Shown here: piece after piece, positions 55,480 to 64,000 of the stretch
Layout of the letters: every line of letters begins with the position of its first letter
Position numbering within the stretch: the first letter of the stretch is position 1
Assembly: GCA_951406725.2 (NCBI GenBank)
Contig: OX597825.1
Location: forward strand, 53,692,001-53,756,000
DNA: 64,000 nt
Direction of reading: 5' to 3'
Source: Octopus vulgaris
Taxonomy: Eukaryota
Notes under the pieces: model-generated
Seen by the model: only the letters and a program-made list of their open reading frames with translations
The model's database searches: none
Told to the model about the DNA's origin: nothing
Translations under genes and position numbers: made by a program

Positions 55480-56510
55480 AGTTTGATTCCAGCATCCTCT
55501 GTGTGACGGATTAGGTATGCCGTGGATCCTAATGCGCAAATATGCTCTTAGGTTACATCACCTGCAAATATTTCTGGACAACGAGCGTGTGTGGGCTCCA
55601 TTTGCGAGCTTCGTCTTTTCGCAGATAGTCTCATTCACGGAGTTGCAGTCCTGAGTGAAGAAAAAACGGTGACTGGGCGCCTGGTACCTAGAATGTCGTC
55701 AGAAGCTCAGAACCATGTACCAGTCGTGCTATGGGAACGATGGATATTCCGCTTTAGAAAATTATTGAGGATTAGTGATGGGGAAGTACGACGACGTTCT
55801 CAGGGAGACTCTGGGTACCGCCGGGAACGAACTGGCTAGTATGTTCCGGACGACTTTCCGGTCGGGAACTATCATGGATAATTTCAAAATGTCCTTGGCC
55901 TGGCAGTGCTACAGGGAGATGTTACCGGTTCGAGATAAACTCTATGGGTACGGATGTACTCTCAGATTGGCTTGTCCGAGGTGGACGCAGAGTGACGAAA
56001 CCGTTCTGCTCGCTCTGGTTCAGTGTCCGGACATCGCTTACCTGTGGAGTTATGTCAAACAGCTGCTGTAACGTGTAGGACGGATCCGTCTGTCGGCCGA
56101 GTCTGTAGTAATGATGACACTGCCGGCCTCCTTCAATCGGGCCGGCAAATTAGTTTTCCTTTGCCTGATGTCTGTGGCGAAAAAGGATGTTTGATGGAAA
56201 AGGCTGGTGGAGAGGGAATTGGAGAGGGCACTTGTTCTTCGTGTTTCAGAGAAATCTCGGGCAGTGGGGTTTCCCGATTACCCTTAAAATCCTTCCTGTA
56301 TCAGGAGGGCCACATCTTTATCATCCTCAAGGCCACTTATTTTTTAAAACCTTTGTATGATATGCATATGTCCCTTCTTTTCCAGTGTATACCGTGCATG
56401 TTTACTTTCTTACCGTTTTACATTTTATCATTTAATTATATGTAAATATCCACACCTTATGTCTGTCTTTGTATTACTCCCACCTCGTTCTTCGCGCCCA
56501 GTCTTTCAAA
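55480..56510 (+). mobile_element. Tx1/L1-clade LINE 3' fragment (zf-RVT region)
   Basis: SLAWQCYREMLPVRDKL..ACPRW.QSDETVLLALVQCP..LWSYV is a degenerate CxxC..H..C zf-RVT. Confidence 0.75.
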
Positions 56511-56517
56511 GGTAACC

Positions 56518-56610
56518 TCAACGGAATTTCAACTCAGTAAGTTACGGTTGTCGAAATACCGCTAAGCATTTCGCCCAGCGTGCTAACGATTCTGACAGCG
56601 TACAGCCTTA
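56518..56610 (-). mobile_element. SINE family B 5' fragment
   Basis: CGAAATACCGCTAAGCATTTCGCCCAGCGTGCTAACGATTCTG. Confidence 0.7.
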
Positions 56611-56611
56611 C

Positions 56612-56672
<61 letters not shown>

Positions 56673-56699
56673 TGATGATGATGATGATGATAACATGGA

Positions 56700-56995
56700 A
56701 ACATAGGTGGATTGTTCAACATCTTTAAAGAATCCTTATTCAGGGACCTTTTATGCGGGATAGGTTACTCGACCTGAAGAAAATTCTAACTGGGCCCCAC
56801 CTGCAAGGTCATGCGCTGTTTATCTTGATATGAGATCACCATTTCGCGCACATATGGCTGTGATGCATGTGCCTGGTGTACACTTATCAGATGGGTAGCC
56901 ATGATGGGTATACTGGGCTTCGTATATTTTACCCCAGTGTTACTTTGATGGCATGCACTGCTTTCTCACTCAAAAATAATAATAATAATAATAAT
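56700..56995 (+). mobile_element. Probable non-LTR retrotransposon 3' UTR ending in (AAT)n
   Basis: GC-richer ~280-bp block between AAT/GAT arrays, ending CTCACTCAAAAATAATAAT. No coding motif recognised. Confidence 0.35.
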
Positions 56996-58700
56996 TAGCT
57001 TACCTTTATTGTCCAGAAGGGCCGAACACAAGACAAAAAGGGACGATATGATACAAATGACACGTCGGGTTTAACACAAAACTTTTTTAATAAAAATAAA
57101 ACAAAAATATTTAACACAATCCAAAAATAAAAATCCTCAAATGGGGGATCTTCGAATCCGAGACATCGTAAAAACCTCACACATCCTGATTACCCGATCT
57201 AAACAGATGGCTCTTTCCTCAAGCTTAGAAGTATACGTTCAGAGTAGACACATTTACACGGGCCATTCGCGCCATATTCACTCACCTTTCAACAAAAATA
57301 CTAGGGAGGCAATATTTCCCTCTCCACCCTCAATTCCCTTTACAAATAGAACTTGGAAAATTCGATGAGGGCTTATCCGAAGCAAATATCTCTCTTTGGT
57401 TCTTTCAACTTCGTGCATCATACTAGCTCTTTCGCATAGCCAGTAGGTAGAAGAAAACTGTCTTCCCTTCCAGTCTAAAGCAAGGTAGCATGGCGATCTT
57501 CACGATGGATTCGGCTGACAACCTGATCCGTCCTACACATATCAGCAGCTAATCCGCAAAGATTTACGTGTCATTAATGCCCAGGGACTAGACGGTTTCA
57601 TCGCCCTGCGCACCTCTCACACACATCCGTCTGACAATAGTTTGGTTCCTGTAGATCCTGTCTTGAACAGGCAGAACTCCCGATAGCATTACTAGAACAA
57701 GAATATCTGGAGATTATCAATAGGCCACGGCCCGAAAGTTTTCCCGGGGAAAACCAGTTAACTAGGCCCTCCCAACGCCCAGAGTTTCCCGAGGAAGTAA
57801 TCGCTGTTGCCCACCACTGCTCCCCTGTCGAATTCCAATGAGGAACTGCCACCGATATCACTATCTAACAGCCAGATGGCTGTACGTTGAACACGTTCTT
57901 TACATAGAAAACCGAAGAGCAAATTCCCTTCTCGTCACTTGACATCAGTTCTAGTCCACTTGGAGGTGCGGAACAAAGCAGACTCCAAGCATTTTAACCG
58001 ACATGAAACTGCCTTTCCTGATGCCGAGCTCCATATCCACTAAATGCTCCGGGTGAATCATTGCTCCTGTAATCGCTTCGTACTCTTTAAGGTAGTGCTG
58101 ATCACCTCGATTTACGAGATGTCCGACACTATTAGGGTGATGTCATCCACATAAGCCGACACGAGATTTCCGCATCCTAACTCACGTGATACACCTTTCA
58201 AACTTGCTTAGTAGTGGCTCGAGGGCCAGTACATAGAGACGAGGCTAGAGTGGGCATCTTTGATGAGCCGAACGTACGATAATAAACGATTCCGATAGGT
58301 GGCCATTGACTTTGACCACCGAGCAGATGTCGATGGATACTGCAGCGATCCAGCTTCTGAAAACGCGATCGAAACCAGGTGCTACGAGGAGAGTTTTCAA
58401 GGATTGATGGTAGACTCTATCAAAAGCTTTTGATCCCAAATGATCAGGGCCCTACCCATGACTGGTTCCTTCACTACGTTGTCTATGATTTAACGCGTGC
58501 TGACATGGAGGTTGTCGTTGATAGATTTACTCAGGATAACTTTGTTTGCTCGACACCGGCCAGTTTATTGACGACACGCGCTATCCTGTTGGCTAACGCC
58601 TTGGCCAAAATCTTGTAAGCTGCGCTCAAGAGAGTTATGAACCTAAATTGTCCCTTTGGTCCCCCTACTTCAGATCCTTTCTCATCAGCACCACCACACC
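56996..58700 (-). mobile_element. Tx1/L1-clade LINE, degenerate RT to 3' end
   Basis: FRFITLLSAAYKILAKALANRI, SKAFDRVYH, VKVNGHLSESF..QRCPL, AYVDDITL (~58135-58160), CERCAGR; AATAAA followed by an (ATT)n tail. Confidence 0.85.
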
Positions 58701-59299
58701 ACGGCTCGTACCAGGGGAGTAGAATATTGTTTTGCACGCAAGATGGATTGTGTAGGTTTAACACACAGAAGGCGATACATTTCCCTGCAAAACATGTTCC
58801 GACGTTTCCAGATTTTAATAGGTACCCAACGGAATTTTCGAAAATGTCAACTTACACAAAAATGGGTTTTCCAAATCGTGCTTTGATTATAAGTTAAGTT
58901 AGATGGAAAAGATAGTTTTTTAAAATCTCCATAACTGGCCGGTTACACAAATCACAAACTTGTAATCTGCGTAATTACTTCAGATAGGACACATAGACAG
59001 GAATCCGGTTACAGGAAATGGAATGCATCTTTCCCAACACGAAAAGATAAATGCAGAAACTGAATTAGTGACCTAGTGAAGCGGCATTTGACAGGTGCAG
59101 TAGTCAACAACAAGGGCAATTAAATACAGTGGTTATTGTGTTTAGAGAGAAATAGATTAGAGGAGAATGAGGAGGAGGAGGAGGAGGACTTTGTTAGTAA
59201 ACTGAGGAGGCAATTAGAAATGCATCCAACTTGCAATTTATTCGAAGGATGCTTTGTCAACGTTAGTAATAATCTGTTACAACAAGAATAAATTCAATG

Positions 59300-59790
59300 A
59301 GTTTAATGGGCTTGGGAGGTTAAGGGTAAGAAGGCCACAATTCAGTCTTTCACGAATCAGGATGGACGCTTACTGTACGATTCAAAGCAAGTATCCACGG
59401 CTTCAAGCAGCATTTTGCTCAACTCTTCAGAGAAAGTAGTCAGTCACAAGGATTTATGGACTTTATCGGCTACCTCGATAGCCTCCAACAACTCTCGAAT
59501 GAAGTGACAAAGCAGTGAGAAGGCTAATAACAACAACTGAGATACGAAATGTATTGAATGGCTGCGCAATGAATAACCAGGCCGATTTATATGGCTGGGT
59601 ATTTGAGTTTTACGGTTATATCCTGGAAGTGTTTGGCCACGTCTTGGCAACTATCTGTCACAACTGGCAGCAAACAAGAATTCTCCGCTCTGTGAGTCTG
59701 AGTCTGTTGACGTTGCTGAGAATGTACCCCAAACAAAGGAGAGACTATTGTCAATATCCCGTTCAAAATACTACTAAACACACATTTATT
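59300..59790 (+). mobile_element. Tx1/L1-clade LINE fragment (pre-RT linker)
   Basis: QHFAQLF, ITTTEIRNVLNGC..GWVFEFY..FGHVLATICHNWQQ resembles the ..SPGLDGLPYEFY region. Confidence 0.6.
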
Positions 59791-59819
59791 TGATCCATTG
59801 ATACAAGGCTTGAATTTTT

Positions 59820-60280
59820 AAACACCTTTCCATGTAATCAGCTGTGGTATTTCATTACGTTTCAAACTCGATACGTGATTACAAAAATTATTACCTTTCC
59901 TTTTGTCCTTATGTCGGAAGGAGGCTAATGTGATTGGCATAGCGATTTTTAAATCTTCCTTCACAAAATTCAATGTTGGCATACTTTCCAGTAACGTCTG
60001 CCTCATATATGAGAGATTTAATCATGCACAGTTGGTCAAGTGAACAAGATCCTGTGTCCCAACAGTAACAAATGGATTTAGACTCTTGGAATTGACCTCG
60101 TGTAATGATACTCTTCATAGTGGGCAGCAGCAATACGATAATTTCACAGAACACCTATTAAATATTTTCCTGCATCTGTGAGTTACGGGTATTTGTCTAT
60201 AAGAGATACAAATCTCTTAACTATGTTAGTTTTTATATTAAGAGAAAAAGGAAGAGTGAACCAAATAGGCTTCATTGTCT
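59820..60280 (-). mobile_element. Penelope-like element fragment: RT-EN linker and GIY-YIG endonuclease
   Basis: IWFTLPFSLNIKTNIVKRFVSLIDK; LPTMKSII; CYCWDTGSCSLDQLCMIKSLIYEADV..FCEGRFKNRYANH..FRHKDKR..ITWK. This fits the Cys-rich linker plus GIY-YIG pattern of PLEs. Confidence 0.8.
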
Positions 60281-60292
60281 CCCATTATTATT

Positions 60293-60513
60293 ACTTCTTT
60301 TTTACTATTTTACTTGTTTTGGTTATTTGATTGCAGCCATGCTGGAGCACCGCCTTTAGTCGAGCAAATCGACCCCAGGACTTATTCTTTGGAAGTCTAG
60401 TACTTATTCTATCGGTCTCTATTGCCGAAGCACTAAGTTACGGGGACGTAAACATACCACCACCGGTTGTCAAGCGATGTTGGGGAGACAAACACAGACA
60501 CACAAACATATAT

Positions 60514-60575
<62 letters not shown>

Positions 60576-60740
60576 GTACGACGGGCTTATTTCGGTTTCC
60601 ATCTACTAAATCCACTCACAAGGCTTTGATCGGCCCGAAGCTATAATAGAAGACATTGATCAAGGTGCCACGCAGTGGGAATGAACCCAGAACCATGTGG
60701 TTGGTAAGCAAGCTACTTACTTCACAGTCACTCTTGCGCC
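60293..60740 (-). mobile_element. SINE family A, full length
   Basis: Matches 3631-4046 throughout. Confidence 0.88.
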
Positions 60741-60775
60741 TATTATTATCATTATTATTATTATCATTATTATTA

Positions 60776-60833
<58 letters not shown>

Positions 60834-60850
60834 CATCATCATCATCATCA

Positions 60851-60900
<50 letters not shown>

Positions 60901-60925
60901 GTTGTTGTTATAATTATTATTATTA
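60741..60925. repeat. (ATT)n/(ATC)n microsatellite
   Basis: Directly visible. Confidence 0.95.
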
Positions 60926-61945
60926 TCTCCACCTTAGCGAAGGCGGAGATATTTTTTCAGTCATATTTGTTTCTTTGTTTGTTTGCCTGTGGACAAGCTA
61001 TCTCAAGAATCACAGGATGTATTCGGACGAAACATTCAGGGATGTTTGGCCTTGTAACTGGTACGAAGTGTTTAGATTTTAGGATCGATCCGGTACCGGA
61101 TAAGGATTCTGGATTGTTTTTTATATTTACTTTACTTTACATGAAGAATTACAACCTTACGTTGGCTTTCAAGTCCGTCTCTAATTATCTCTCTTGAAAG
61201 TACGCTCATGGTTTCCACGTATGTTATGGCGGCGTTGCTGTTTCCAAGGTTTTATCTTAGTTCCTCTATTATTAATTTTACTCGCGTCTCTCTCCTAGTA
61301 GAAACTGACGGATAAATAAATCAAACTATATAAACAAACGACAGCAAAACTGTTCAGAAATTAAATAACACTAACATATTCACTAACAATAATAAATTTA
61401 CGTTATCCTCGACAAGTTTTAGTTTTACCAATTTTGAATATATCGCTCTTGTTTAAAGCCTCTTACTTGAAATTGCATTTCTAGCTCTACCTTGAAGGAA
61501 GCTTTACTTCTTGTTAAAACTTCATTAACAGCACTGTATGCAGGTCCTTTCCGTTTTCTTTCACGCACGGATAAATTTTTCACTGTAGACCTTAATGGAC
61601 GTAAAGGCACTATATCAGTGAATAGACCAAAAAAAAGGCCTTTATAGAGAAAATTGTCTCTATTCCAACTGCAGACGACAAAGACACAGCATTACAAACA
61701 CGGTCTGCACACCCACCACCTTCGCATTCCATGGGATCGATCAGGTACCGGACAAGGATTCTGGATCATATTTCCTGTTTTTTACTTAATTTTTGTGAGC
61801 GATCCGGTTCATTTTTAGTATTCTCGTTTGTGAGAGCAGTCGAGTTTATTTCAGATATTCTCATTTAAAAAAAATCATCTCCGGCTATTCGTTGGGAGGA
61901 AGTTAGTGTTAGCTTGAGAGAGGTTTGCGCTCTGTGAGTGCTCAT
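60923..61945 (+). mobile_element. Non-autonomous Helentron (HINE/DINE-1-like) element
   Basis: 5' IR ATCTCCACCTT/AAGGCGGAGAT (60925-60950), then a (GTTT)n tract, a 33-bp internal direct repeat (61082-61114, 61734-61766) and a 3' GAGGTTT + hairpin GCGCTC-TGT-GAGTGC (61927-61941). Sits in T-rich (ATT)n. Confidence 0.7.
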
Positions 61946-61988
61946 GTTGTTGTTATTATCATTATTATTATTATTATCATTATTATTA

Positions 61989-62081
<93 letters not shown>

Positions 62082-64000
62082 GAGGGGTTATGTATCACTT
62101 TATCTTTGAAGCCACTAGACTTATTATTATTCTGATTAATGTTAGGGCGATTATACACATACGTATTCATACATATGTTTTGATATGAGTTTGGACTGAA
62201 TTTTTTGGTATTAGCGTTATGTGTGTAATGCGAGCTGTTTTCTTTTGTTGGATATCCAACCTGTAGAGGACATGTCGTGGGGAATTTGTATTACATTTGA
62301 TTTTTACTTTATGAGTTTGTCTCTTTCGATTTCGGAACTCTCTCTTCTGGTAGGACATACCGTTGAACATTTGCAAATACATTTTGTTTTTCTTTACACC
62401 TTTATTTACTCTTCCTCCATATCTCATAAGTTTCTTTTATTACTTCTGTGTGTCTGGATTATAGTGATACATGATAGAAACAATCAACACTTCAATGTAG
62501 TCATTATCTGTTTATCCTTCTCTTTTGATTTTGTTTTCGTGTAGAGGCTGCTACGTGTTCGTCTGTGAATTATATAAAAAAATATGTTTGTTAATGCATA
62601 GGCGAGAAACAGAAATGTGTATATATGTAGAAATGAGAATACAAATGTGATTAATTCTCGTATACACAGATTGGTTCACAGTTCTATTTTGTACGAATCT
62701 CGCAGCTCCTAATGTTGTTAATACTTTCACTTACTAATATTCTGAAATCGGTTAAGTTAATGCAAATAATTCTAATAGACGCGTAGCATATTGTTAATTT
62801 ATATTTACATGAATGTGTAGATTTATGTATCTTTTCAATATTAATACACCCACGTCATAGCTACGATGCTAGATACCTGGGCATGAAAAGGTCGTGCTTC
62901 CCTTTTCTGTCATTAAATTATTTACTCGTGATTTAAATCCTAGGCATAAATTATTGTACATTTATCCCAATTACGTTATTCTTAAGCATTTTGTACATAA
63001 TGATACATATCTTCTCTGTTATAAAGGAGGCACATGAACAACAGGTCCAGCGAAATTCTGAGTAGTAACAGAGTAAATTCACCACTGTAATATATATATA
63101 TTTACACCCAAGTATTAGATAGAGTGCACTTTTCTATTGTTTGCCAAAATACATACATACACATATATAATACTTGAAGTTGTTTCGAAGAGAATGCAAT
63201 GATACGTTGATCAGAACATGAAAACAATCGCTCAATTATCGATATCTCCGGCCCAGACAGCTTCCATTGATGCTATTTACTGTCCAAATGTAACTAACCA
63301 ATAAGTTTATCTATTCAATATCACAATGTTGTTTTCCTGACACAGAAATAGCCTCTATCTCCAGTCATAAATCTTCTCTATTTCTAATCATTGTCGTCTA
63401 CAAAGTTCCGTCGATCAACATATAACAATGTAATGTGTTTAAACTATTTCGTAGCGCATTCAACTCATCTCTGCTGGCTTGCATATCCACACACACACAC
63501 AAATACATCCACACATATCAATAGTTACAAAACGCATGAACAGATAAAGTCACAGATATATATGTATGTATATTTGGGTGTGGCTATGTGGTTATTTATA
63601 GTTCAGTATCCATGCCTTGCCGTTGAATATAATCCATACTACAGTAGTATAGATCGACTGGATGTCTATATCTATATGTGGATAGTAATCTTCTTCTGTG
63701 TCCGACTCAGGTTATTACAAGTAGAAGTGATGCGTTTATACCGAAACAATAATACGATACACACGCATACTCACATCCACATCCACATCCACAGAGTCAT
63801 GTAGATCTATAGAGTTATTCTTACTAATCAGGCGGCAACTCTTTGGGTTGATCTTTACTCAAATATGTTCAAGCCATGACCATCATATTTACAATGTATT
63901 TAAGCTTACATGTTTTGAAGAAAATCTGATTTCAGCGTTTATCTCTGGTGGACCAAAACTTTTAATGAAGTGATTCTAACAAAAGCCATCTTTAGTTATT

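Noticed and set aside
61425-61610. 61-aa ORF inside the Helentron-like cargo
   Set aside because: Short, with no recognisable motif; expected by chance.

Overview
AT-rich, microsatellite-saturated eukaryotic non-coding DNA. The repeat repertoire suggests a coleoid cephalopod, probably Octopus, but that is inference. I found no host protein-coding gene, rRNA or genuine tRNA gene; most ORF-track entries are translations of (TA)n/(CA)n/(AAT)n/(GAA)n repeats. The window holds decayed mobile elements: four Tc1/mariner copies, a near full-length CR1/L2-group LINE (APE + RT, two CCCH fingers upstream), and fragments of CR1, RTE, Tx1/L1, R4/Dong and Penelope (GIY-YIG) elements. It also holds three tRNA-derived SINE families, a long-TIR MITE and a non-autonomous Helentron-like element. 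The most notable signal is a set of unrelated, non-coding, (TA)n-embedded elements carrying type I hammerhead ribozyme folds. These are apparently intact at 49031-49102 and at 32061-32112 with its mirror 31592-31643, near-intact at 44535-44572, and decayed in several other places. One sits in a 397-nt 1.4-mer tandem (retrozyme-like) and one in a 410-bp-arm palindrome. Several insertions also share a foldback (inverted duplication) architecture next to microsatellites. All alignments and folds were done by eye.
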